From Candidatus Aenigmatarchaeota archaeon (lineage in GTDB: Archaea; Aenigmatarchaeota; Aenigmatarchaeia; CG10238-14; SCSR01): a stretch of DNA of 29,327 nucleotides. The DNA is taken from contig JAWBTN010000001.1 of the NCBI GenBank assembly GCA_039000415.1, positions 1 to 29,327 on the forward strand. The letters run 5' to 3'. Below the pieces are notes generated by a model, which saw only the letters and a list, made by a program, of their open reading frames with translations, was not told the DNA's origin and searched no databases. Numbering within the stretch: the stretch's first letter is position 1; each line of letters begins with the position of its first letter. Positions 7,899-15,904 of the stretch are shown in pieces. Both the position numbers and the translations under genes were made by a program.

Positions 7899-8783
7899 AT
7901 GGAAAAAATAAAGGAAAACATGATTCTCATCTTTCTAACCGCTTTTCTCCTATTCTTTTTCTTGTTTTTTGTAAAAGGCTTTAAAATTCTTCAACTTCCA
8001 GCTCAGCTTGAAATTTTGATAAATTTGATCATTTTCTTTTCCCTATCTTTTATGTTCTTCAGAAGCTTAGGCAACTACGTTCAAAAATTGGATATACCAA
8101 GAGCGAGGCAAATTGGTAATCAAGTGAAGATAGTGGGTTATTTAATTACGGTTCTCCTTTCCTTGACTTTCTTCAAGGAATTTTCTTCAGCACTTTTAGC
8201 CATAGGAACTGTAAGTGGTTTAGTTTTAGGCTTAACACTTCAACCAGTGCTGGGAAACTTCTTCGCAGGTGTTTTGATAATGTTCACAAGATACATAGAA
8301 GTTGGAAAAAATATAAGGATTTTGAGCACATCTATACCCTACACGATTCTTTCTTTCCCTGCACATAAGTTCTTCTCTGTTGAAAGCTCAGACGTGGGAT
8401 ACAAAGGAGAAATAATAGAGATAGATTGGTTTTTTTCCGTTTTGAAAACTGAAGAAGGTAAAATATTGAAAGTACCAAATTTAATGTTGTTGAATTCTGC
8501 AATTCTTGATACATCTGATCATGAAAATTTTGTCTATTCACTAAGGGTTGAGTTTCCATTGAAGATGAAGAAAGGTTGGAATATAGATAAGTTGGAGAAA
8601 AAAATAAAAGATATCTTGAAAGGATACGATCTAGTTGAAGGTCCTTACTTCAATGAACAAAGTGATAAAGATTATGTTTACGTTAGGATGAGGATTAAAT
8701 CCAAGAAAAAGAGTTGGGAAGAAGAGAAGTCTGAGGTTTTAAAAAAACTCTTGAAATTGAAGGGTTTGGTAGAGAAGGGATAG
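7899..8783 (+). CDS. mscS: MscS-family small-conductance mechanosensitive channel
   Basis: Several TM helices, GTVSGLVLGLTLQPVLGNFFAG, GEIIEIDWFFSVLKT..KVPN. Likely ATG at 7899. Confidence 0.88.
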   Translation: MEKIKENMILIFLTAFLLFFFLFFVKGFKILQLPAQLEILINLIIFFSLSFMFFRSLGNYVQKLDIPRARQIGNQVKIVGYLITVLLSLTFFKEFSSALLAIGTVSGLVLGLTLQPVLGNFFAGVLIMFTRYIEVGKNIRILSTSIPYTILSFPAHKFFSVESSDVGYKGEIIEIDWFFSVLKTEEGKILKVPNLMLLNSAILDTSDHENFVYSLRVEFPLKMKKGWNIDKLEKKIKDILKGYDLVEGPYFNEQSDKDYVYVRMRIKSKKKSWEEEKSEVLKKLLKLKGLVEKG

Positions 8784-8785
8784 AC

Positions 8786-8803
8786 CGAAAAATTTTTATA
8801 TAA
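8786..8803 (+). promoter_or_regulatory. BRE + TATA box of hsp20
   Basis: CGAAAAA immediately followed by TTTTTATATAA, about 50 nt before an ATG that has an AGGTGA SD. Confidence 0.7.
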
Positions 8804-8852
8804 GTTGTGTAAAAATATTTTTAGAGTTTAAATAATCTAAATAGGTGAAATT

Positions 8853-9275
8853 ATGATTTGGGACGAAACTTGGGAAGAATTCGAAAGATTGAAGAGAAGG
8901 ATTGATTACTTGATGAGAAGGATGCTACCAATGGAAGAAGAATTAGAAGCTTTCAGAAGTTTTCCTGTTGATTTAAGCGAGACCGATGAAGAACTGATAG
9001 TGAGGGCAGAACTGCCAGGTTTCGAGAAGAGTGATGTTTCGATAAAAGCTACAGAAAATACGTTGGAGATAGTTGCCCAAAAGAAAGAGAAAGAAGTGGA
9101 AAAGGGTGAAAGGTTCTTCAGAGTTGAGAGAAGGATGGGGGCTATGAGGAGATTCTTGACATTGCCTTTACAAGTGGATTACGAGAAAGCAAAAGCTGAA
9201 ATGAAGAATGGTATATTAACTATTAGATTACCGAAGAAAGTCAAGAAAGTTGGAAAAGAGATAGAGATAGAATAA
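8853..9275 (+). CDS. hsp20: Small heat-shock protein Hsp20
   Basis: [41 protein letters not shown] alpha-crystallin signature. Confidence 0.95.
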   Translation: MIWDETWEEFERLKRRIDYLMRRMLPMEEELEAFRSFPVDLSETDEELIVRAELPGFEKSDVSIKATENTLEIVAQKKEKEVEKGERFFRVERRMGAMRRFLTLPLQVDYEKAKAEMKNGILTIRLPKKVKKVGKEIEIE

Positions 9276-9291
9276 AAAGAGGGGCGATGAA

Positions 9292-9399
9292 ATGGCAGTA
9301 GACGAACTGCCAAAGCCTGAAGGTATATGCAAGTTCTGCAAAAGACCTATTTACAAAGATCTAGCTAAACACCAACTCATATGCCAATTCAAACAGTAA
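9292..9399 (+). CDS. 35-aa mini-protein with a CxxC-x10-HxxxC zinc finger
   Basis: Hand-translated MAVDELPKPEGICKFCKRPIYKDLAKHQLICQFKQ. SD-like GAGGGGCGA upstream; starts 16 nt after the hsp20 stop. Confidence 0.65.
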   Translation: MAVDELPKPEGICKFCKRPIYKDLAKHQLICQFKQ

Positions 9400-9421
9400 A
9401 GATCGGATGAAATTTTTGTAA

Positions 9422-10450
9422 TTATCTAGTGAAAGAAATCCCCTCGACTTCTATCATCTTTTCTTTTTCGTTAACTGAAAACTCACAACCAAGTATTTTC
9501 TCACAAACCGATATGTTTGAAATGCAGTGTTGAGTTATTTCCTCAACCTTGATAGAAGACTTACCATTGGCTAGAGCTAAGAATACCAGTATTTGATCTG
9601 CCATGAATTTATCTAGGGCAGCTCTGGATTGGATAGATTTGATCAAATCTTCTGCTACTTCTCTTCCTATTTCTTCTGCCCTTACCCCTTTCTTACCCAC
9701 ATTATCAGCACCGAGGATTGAATTTTCAGTTTCAGCCCAAATTGTTATCGAAGTCCCTTTTGAGTAAGTTTGCGTTGAATAATGTTGAATTTGAATTTCC
9801 GATGTTATTCTTTTTAAAACTTCTTCAGCAGTTTTGGCTTGTCTTAAAGCCACTTCATCAGGAAGGCTACCAGCTATCGAAATTCCTTCGATCTTCAACA
9901 ATTTTCCAGGTTCTGTTAATTTGATGGATGACAACGTTTTCACAGGTTGAAAAGTTACCCTTACTTTACCCCCACCTTTCGGATAAAAACCTTGTTTCAA
10001 TATCTCTACTTCAGGTAGAGGAGCACCGAGCTTATTCAATATGGGAAAAGTTACGTACTTCAAGAATTCTATTGTTGGTGAACCTAAGCCAGCGGTACCT
10101 CCTGTTATTTCCAAAGTAACTTTCTTTTCGGCGAATAGTAACATCGGTGCAAGTGTTTGAAGAAGGAGTGAAATGCTACCCGCAGTTCCTATATCTATTT
10201 TTTTATCCCTAACATCAAATTTTTTCGGTTTGAATTCAAGTTGCATCGACCCGTATCTTAAACCTGAAACTTCAGCATCACAGAATTCTGCAGCTATTTT
10301 CACACCTGTCAAGTGCTGAGGCATTAAACCAGGTTTCGGTCGCGAAGCCCTTATGTTTATTATCTTCACAGGTTGAAGGGTTAATGCTGATAAAGCTATT
10401 GATGTCCTTAAAACTTGACCCCACCCTTCTGAACCGTCTATTAGGATCAT
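9422..10450 (-). CDS. rtcA: RNA 3'-terminal phosphate cyclase
   Basis: IDGS..GQVLR, PGLMPQHL, DIGTAGSI, GFYPKGGG, ADQIL, catalytic His in TQHCISN. Start moved to ATG 10450. Confidence 0.93.
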   Translation of the reverse strand: MILIDGSEGWGQVLRTSIALSALTLQPVKIINIRASRPKPGLMPQHLTGVKIAAEFCDAEVSGLRYGSMQLEFKPKKFDVRDKKIDIGTAGSISLLLQTLAPMLLFAEKKVTLEITGGTAGLGSPTIEFLKYVTFPILNKLGAPLPEVEILKQGFYPKGGGKVRVTFQPVKTLSSIKLTEPGKLLKIEGISIAGSLPDEVALRQAKTAEEVLKRITSEIQIQHYSTQTYSKGTSITIWAETENSILGADNVGKKGVRAEEIGREVAEDLIKSIQSRAALDKFMADQILVFLALANGKSSIKVEEITQHCISNISVCEKILGCEFSVNEKEKMIEVEGISFTR

Positions 10451-10475
10451 AATAAAAATTCTGGAGAAAAATAAA

Positions 10476-11141
10476 TTAACTTGTACCTTTACCAAAACCT
10501 GCTATCGTGATGATTCCTAGGAAATTGAGGAGATAAGAAAAGGGGATGAATTTCCTCGTGTTCATTTTAGCAGCACCAACAAGGGCAACACCTATTTCAT
10601 CTGGTAAAGGAGAAGCTATGATGAATCCGGCTATGACCGGAACAAACCACTTGAATTTTGAGTGTGCAGTTTTTTGCCATAACCATAACCTAAACCTGAG
10701 TTCTTTTGGTACTTTTCTTGATAAATGTTTATTAGCCAAGAAATTATTAACTTCTTCATGTAACAATTTTATTTCATCCATCAGTCTATCCCTGAAGAAC
10801 TTGAAGATAAGGTAATCGCTCAAAACAGAACCCGATGCACCTATCAAGGCGATTAAAAAAGGGTTGAATTGTCTACCAAGAGAAAATATGAGAGCTGTGG
10901 CTGGAGGAGTGGTTAAAGAAAAACTGAATAACATACCAGCTATAAATGCTGAGAAATATCCCAAATATCCAAGGTTCTCTTCGATCCAATAACCAACTTC
11001 AGATTTAACGACGAAATAGGCCAATAAGATGCTCAAACCGAAAGCTGTAAGATTCTTATACTTCCACTTCTTGAGTTTATCAACATGGTTCCTAAAACTT
11101 TGATTCAACTTGCTTTTGAAGTAAGAGTATTTTTTCGACAT
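10476..11141 (-). CDS. Integral membrane protein, probable DedA/VTT-like
   Basis: Several hydrophobic helices, FSLTTPPA re-entrant-like segment, IALIGASGSVLSDYLIFKF, SPLPDEIG motif. Confidence 0.55.
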   Translation of the reverse strand: MSKKYSYFKSKLNQSFRNHVDKLKKWKYKNLTAFGLSILLAYFVVKSEVGYWIEENLGYLGYFSAFIAGMLFSFSLTTPPATALIFSLGRQFNPFLIALIGASGSVLSDYLIFKFFRDRLMDEIKLLHEEVNNFLANKHLSRKVPKELRFRLWLWQKTAHSKFKWFVPVIAGFIIASPLPDEIGVALVGAAKMNTRKFIPFSYLLNFLGIITIAGFGKGTS

Positions 11142-11175
11142 TCTTCTAAATTTGTTTTCAATAAATAAAAATTTT

Positions 11176-12357
11176 TCAGAAATTGTTCATCTTCTCTTCT
11201 ATTCTGATCATCTCGTTCAACTTACTTATCCTATCCCCAGAAATCCCGAATTTCACGTAATCACAACCCAAACCAACTGCAAGATGTGATATTAAACTAT
11301 CTTCAGTTTCACCAGACCTGTGAGACATTATAGTCACCATTTTATTCTCCTTTGCCAGTTTCACAACTTCTATAACATCACTTATCGTTCCAACTTGACT
11401 AGGCTTGATTATTATGGCATTTGTAGCTTTAATCTCAACACCATCTTTCAACCTTTTAAGGTTTGTCGAGTAAAGGTCATCACCAACTATCAATTTATTC
11501 GGTAAGCTTCGAGTCAACATGGAAAAAGAAACGAAATCATCCTCCATGAAAGGGTCTTCCAAATAACTTATAGGATATCCTTTAGCTAAATCTTCCATGA
11601 ACTTGAGTTGCTCCATTTTACTCAAGATTTTGTTCGAACGTGGGTAAACGTAATACTGATTACCATCCCAAAGCTGTGATGCCGCCAGATCCATACCTAT
11701 TCTCAACAAAAACTTGTTGGCAATTTTCTTCAATATATTCAACACTTCAATGAAATTCAAACTTGTTATCCAGCCTGATTCCCAGTTCCTTCCGTAAACA
11801 AAACTCGGATCAACTTTTTTAAGTATCCTTCCGATTTCAACGTAAGCTTCTGAAATCTTGGATAAAGAATCGAAGAATGAAGATTGATGTAAAGGCAACA
11901 GTAAAAATTCTTGAATATCGCTTTCGTTATCTTTCCAACCACCGACAACGTTACAAACAGGTTTTGGTATTTTCAGTTCACTTCTAGTTAAATTAGAGAG
12001 ATATTCAAAAACATCTAAACCTTCATTCAGGGAAAAAGATTTTAGGAAAGCTGAAGAAATAGCTAGAGCAAGATTTCCACCAATTTCTTTGAATTCTGGT
12101 GTTTTATCGATCGCCCTCAATAAATTATCAACATCTTCCAACTCTTTGAAATCTTCGTTCATGAAAGCTTTCCTTATCAAGTGGAATTTAGTTACACATT
12201 CTTCGACAGGTAAATAAACGACTTCATGCTTTCCCCTGCTAGTTCCAATTGGTACTGAAGAGAAAACTTTACCTTTTTCAGTTTCTATCTCAACTTCAAT
12301 TGTTTTTTTAGAATTTGTGGCTAGAATTTGTCTTATTCTCAAGTTTTTCACTTTCAT
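11176..12357 (-). CDS. eno: Enolase (divergent)
   Basis: DIQEF, GMDLAAS, LEDPF, VGDDL, IIKPSQVGT, SHRSGETED, RISKLN..RIEE. Adjacent to ApgM. Confidence 0.9.
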   Translation of the reverse strand: MKVKNLRIRQILATNSKKTIEVEIETEKGKVFSSVPIGTSRGKHEVVYLPVEECVTKFHLIRKAFMNEDFKELEDVDNLLRAIDKTPEFKEIGGNLALAISSAFLKSFSLNEGLDVFEYLSNLTRSELKIPKPVCNVVGGWKDNESDIQEFLLLPLHQSSFFDSLSKISEAYVEIGRILKKVDPSFVYGRNWESGWITSLNFIEVLNILKKIANKFLLRIGMDLAASQLWDGNQYYVYPRSNKILSKMEQLKFMEDLAKGYPISYLEDPFMEDDFVSFSMLTRSLPNKLIVGDDLYSTNLKRLKDGVEIKATNAIIIKPSQVGTISDVIEVVKLAKENKMVTIMSHRSGETEDSLISHLAVGLGCDYVKFGISGDRISKLNEMIRIEEKMNNF

Positions 12358-12451
12358 TAATTAAAATTTGTTTCTAGGAATTAAATTGATTAAAAATTCA
12401 TCTCTATTTAAATCGTGAACTTCAAATCCACTTTTGCGACAAAAAAAATGA

Positions 12452-13672
12452 TTATCTACCGAAAACGATCTCCCAAAGCTTCTTTCCATTTATCAGCTTA
12501 AGCTTACCTTTTTTCACAGAAATCTCATCAAACTTTTGCACTTCGTCCTTACCTTTTCCATGGATTAAAATAGGTACTGGTCCGAATTCATGCTTTCTAG
12601 TTTTACAAGAAGTTATGTGATCGGAAGTTACTATCAAAATTCCGTTGAAATCCCTAAATCTTGCAAGGTGATCATCTATCCTCTCTATAACTTTCTGCTT
12701 CCTGAAAAAATCACCATCGTGGGCAGGCTCGTCAGGACCCTTAACATGAGCTAAAATGAAGTCATATTCCCCTAAAGCATTTTCCACGCTATCGAAAATA
12801 AATCTAAGAGTTTGTTCCAGGTTTAGTTCTGGTATCGTGATCGCGTCCAAACCACATAGAAGACAACAACCTTTCACCACACCATTTTCAGCGATGCAAA
12901 CTCCTTTAGTTATGTTGTACTTCTTGAGAAAATTTTTAAGGTTTGGTAAGATGTTTCCCGCTTCTCTTGTTAGTATGTAGTTGGCTGGAGGTAAGCCATG
13001 CTTAATCCTCCTCTCGTTCGCAGGATGGTATTCGATTACTTGTCTCGCTTTATCTATGAATTCTTGAACAATTCTCGCAGATATTTCAGCTTCAGGGGAT
13101 AAAGGTTCAACTTTCTTCACGATTTCCCAATCAAAATACGGATCGCTATCGCTTATCTTATCACTCAACTTTTCTTTCAATATTAACACAGCCCTATGGC
13201 CATAAGTTCTTATGAAGATATGATCGACTTCAAGCTTAACATGTTCATTAACATACCTCGCTATTTCATCTAAACCCTCGAAATTTCTACCAACTCTTCT
13301 ATCGAGAACTCTTAATTCATTGTCAACTGTTGCAAAATTACATCTCAGCGCAAGCCAACCTTGTTGGTAAGGTATATCGGCACCAACAGCTTCTATAGGT
13401 CCTCTCTTCATCTCTTTAGGTTTTATTTCGTATCCTAAAAGAGAGAATGTGGATAGATGACTTACGCTAGACCTAGCTGCTTCATTCCAAAATTTTTTAT
13501 CTAAAGGTAAAATTTCCCCACACATCCCAGTTCTAGCTAAAAAATCTAGGTTTGGTTTATGAGCTGAAGATAGAGGAGTTCTTGGTTCCGGAAAATCTGG
13601 AAGCCCATCAACGAGTAAGAAGATAACTTTTTTCTCGAGTTTTCCCGATTTTTTCTTCCCCTTTTTCTTCAT
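12452..13672 (-). CDS. apgM: Cofactor-independent phosphoglycerate mutase, archaeal ApgM family
   Basis: LVDGLPD..TPL..AHKPNLD, RGPIEAVG, ALRCNFATVD, HVKGPDEPAHDG, TSDH, H..GPVP metal ligands. Confidence 0.92.
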   Translation of the reverse strand: MKKKGKKKSGKLEKKVIFLLVDGLPDFPEPRTPLSSAHKPNLDFLARTGMCGEILPLDKKFWNEAARSSVSHLSTFSLLGYEIKPKEMKRGPIEAVGADIPYQQGWLALRCNFATVDNELRVLDRRVGRNFEGLDEIARYVNEHVKLEVDHIFIRTYGHRAVLILKEKLSDKISDSDPYFDWEIVKKVEPLSPEAEISARIVQEFIDKARQVIEYHPANERRIKHGLPPANYILTREAGNILPNLKNFLKKYNITKGVCIAENGVVKGCCLLCGLDAITIPELNLEQTLRFIFDSVENALGEYDFILAHVKGPDEPAHDGDFFRKQKVIERIDDHLARFRDFNGILIVTSDHITSCKTRKHEFGPVPILIHGKGKDEVQKFDEISVKKGKLKLINGKKLWEIVFGR

Positions 13673-13709
13673 CAATTAAAATTTAGAATTCATCAAGAAA
13701 AAGTTTAAC

Positions 13710-13994
13710 CTAATCCTTCCATTTTTCATCCATCTCATTTAAAATTTTTTCAGCATATTCCGCTAACTTCTTTGATAGGTTGGCTTTTGCCAATAAGATT
13801 TTCCTCTTGAATAACGGATCTTTTCCTCTCATTTGTTCAGCAGCGAAAAGTGTTATGAAGGCTGTTTGAAGTTCCAGCCAGAAGAATGCTTTCTCCATGA
13901 ACTTCTTGCTTTCTTGTTGGCTGGTTGTGGTTAAAGCTAATCTTTTCCATTTCTGATAATTCTCGTAACACATGGAAATTTCTTCATTCATCAT
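13710..13994 (-). CDS. Hypothetical helical protein, 94 aa
   Basis: ORF with normal codon style; overlaps the upstream ORF by 11 nt. No recognised motif. Confidence 0.7.
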   Translation of the reverse strand: MMNEEISMCYENYQKWKRLALTTTSQQESKKFMEKAFFWLELQTAFITLFAAEQMRGKDPLFKRKILLAKANLSKKLAEYAEKILNEMDEKWKD

Positions 13995-14211
13995 AAGAAC
14001 CCAACTCCTGAAGTTGATTTAATATTGAGATAATCATTTGAAGATCTCTTTTTACTTGCCACTTTTCTTTTTCGTAAAAGTGATGATTGGAATATTTTTT
14101 AGCGATTTTGACGAATTCAGAATATTTTTCTGGAGAATATTTTTTCAACAAATCTTCATGTTGTGAAATTTTTACAACATATTTTCTAACTTCACGCACC
14201 TCATTTTTCAT
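13984..14211 (-). CDS. Hypothetical protein, 75 aa
   Basis: AGGTGA SD at 14216-14221 and TATA at 14248-14255 upstream. No recognised motif. Confidence 0.7.
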   Translation of the reverse strand: MKNEVREVRKYVVKISQHEDLLKKYSPEKYSEFVKIAKKYSNHHFYEKEKWQVKRDLQMIISILNQLQELGSYDE

Positions 14212-14228
14212 TATGTCACCTTACAGTA

Positions 14229-14290
14229 GTTACTATATAGGAACTAATATTTAAATGTTACTATTCTATAGTAGCGAAAAATTTAAATAT
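14229..14290. promoter_or_regulatory. Back-to-back promoter pair with a central palindromic candidate operator
   Basis: ATATTTAAAT (14247-14256) and ATTTAAATAT (14281-14290) are perfect inverted copies, one TATA per strand. TACTAT-N3-ATAGTA at 14259-14273; GTTACTAT repeated at 14229 and 14257; BRE-like CGAAAAA at 14275. Confidence 0.6.
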
Positions 14291-14311
14291 ACCAAACTTG
14301 TGTTTTAAAAT

Positions 14312-14620
14312 ATGGCCATCGTAATTCGACCAAAGGATGAAGTAGAAAGGTCTTATTTGGATTGCTTAATTGAAGTTGTTAGGAGAAAAGGTATTAGAGG
14401 TGGAAGGGTTAGGAATGATGTTTACATCGACTTGATGGGAGTCAAATTTCTCGTGAAAGAAGGAGATTACGTAATTTTCTACGATAATAAACCAAAGACA
14501 GTTGAAGACATAGGAAAAGCTCTTAAAGGAATGGGATACGAAGTAGGTTTTTTTGATTATTTGACTGTAAGTACTCTTAAATATTTTACTAAAACATTAC
14601 AAAATCTTAACCAAGATTAA
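14312..14620 (+). CDS. Hypothetical protein, 102 aa
   Basis: ORF starts 22 nt after a BRE/TATA, consistent with a leaderless transcript. No recognised family. Confidence 0.7.
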   Translation: MAIVIRPKDEVERSYLDCLIEVVRRKGIRGGRVRNDVYIDLMGVKFLVKEGDYVIFYDNKPKTVEDIGKALKGMGYEVGFFDYLTVSTLKYFTKTLQNLNQD

Positions 14621-15872
14621 AGATCCTGTTGTTGGCAAGAGGAGCAACGGCATCGAAACCCTTTTCTTTCAGTTCATTGGCAAATTCTTCGGTATGGTCG
14701 CCGTGAATACAAAAAACTTTTTCTGGGTTTAGTTTATCCACGAGCTCAAAAAGCTCACTTCTTCCTGCATGCGCTGAAAAATCTAACCTCTTTACAGACA
14801 TCTTAACTTCTAAATCCAATTCCTTGGTTATAAATCTTCCTGTTTCGAGTAATATTTTTCCAGGTGTATCTTCAAGTTGCCAACCCGTAAGTACCAGGCT
14901 AGACTTCTTATCGGCGTAAAGCTTCTTGATGTACCAAACAACTGGACCTCCTGTTAACATCCCACTCGTTGTTAAGATCACAGAAGGCTTCCTCAACGCT
15001 CTTTTCCTATCCTTTCTGGAATTAACATACTCAACTTTCTCTAACGCTTTATCCAAACTTTCAGGCTCTTTAAGAAGTTGATTGTATTGGTTTATTATCG
15101 TCGTCGCCTTTTTTGCCATACCATCCAGGAAAATAGGATAATCGATTCCATGTTTATGCAGCACTAATAAAATCTCTTGGATTCTACCAACAGCGAAACC
15201 AGCTATTATACAATGCCCATCTAAAGCCAAAGTTTCCTCTATTATCCTTATCAATTCTTTTTCTTGTTCTTTCCTCTCAGGATGTTCTCTATCAGAATAA
15301 GTACTCTCTGTTATCAAGTAATGAACTTCTTGTAAGTTCAAATCAGCTTTTTTAAGTAGCCTCGTATCAGTTGCTTTTAAATCACCAGTGTAGAGGAGTT
15401 TTTTATCTTTGATATTCAACAAAATCATCGCACTGCCAGGGATGTGACCTGCATCTAGGAATTCAAATTCAACTGACTTTAACTTGAAGTTGTGTCTGTA
15501 AGGTATGGAGACGAAATTCCTCATACTTTCCCCCACATTTTTTCTCTTAAATGGCAAAGCCACACCTTCTTCATGACTTACTTTCAAAGAATCCATCAAC
15601 AAGAGTTCAGTTAAAGGTTTAGTTACGTTTATCGAGTAAATCGGACAATGTTGACCATTGGCCGAAAAAATAGCAATAGCACCTGAATGATCTAAATGTG
15701 CGTGGGATAGCAATATAGCGTCTGGTCTACCTTGAACTGGAATGGGAAAAGTTGGTGGGACTTCTCTTATTTTCGTCCCATAATCCAACAAGATCTTCTC
15801 CTTCCTCGTATCGACTAGAATTCCGGAAGCACCAACAGTTTGCATAGCCCCTAGGAAACTTAACTGGAACAT
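14607..15872 (-). CDS. MBL-fold beta-CASP ribonuclease (aCPSF2-like, no KH domains)
   Basis: LDYG, SHAHLDH, AGHIPGS, YTGDL, ESTY, FSAHAG, IHGD. Start moved to ATG 15872 (about 420 aa). Confidence 0.9.
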   Translation of the reverse strand: MFQLSFLGAMQTVGASGILVDTRKEKILLDYGTKIREVPPTFPIPVQGRPDAILLSHAHLDHSGAIAIFSANGQHCPIYSINVTKPLTELLLMDSLKVSHEEGVALPFKRKNVGESMRNFVSIPYRHNFKLKSVEFEFLDAGHIPGSAMILLNIKDKKLLYTGDLKATDTRLLKKADLNLQEVHYLITESTYSDREHPERKEQEKELIRIIEETLALDGHCIIAGFAVGRIQEILLVLHKHGIDYPIFLDGMAKKATTIINQYNQLLKEPESLDKALEKVEYVNSRKDRKRALRKPSVILTTSGMLTGGPVVWYIKKLYADKKSSLVLTGWQLEDTPGKILLETGRFITKELDLEVKMSVKRLDFSAHAGRSELFELVDKLNPEKVFCIHGDHTEEFANELKEKGFDAVAPLANNRIFNLG

Positions 15873-15904
15873 GAAATCTCTTTTATTTTTCTGTTTTCTC
15901 CTAT

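Noticed and set aside
8820-8841. Phr heat-shock box
   Set aside because: TTT...AAA ends resemble it, but length and internal positions do not match the consensus as recalled; kept only as a generic candidate operator.
10451-10495. Apparent N-terminal extension of RtcA, and similar ones on beta-CASP, uL22, uS3, L44e and the Zn/Hsp20 gene
   Set aside because: Longest-ORF artefacts; a downstream ATG matches the family N-terminus and avoids overlap with the upstream gene.
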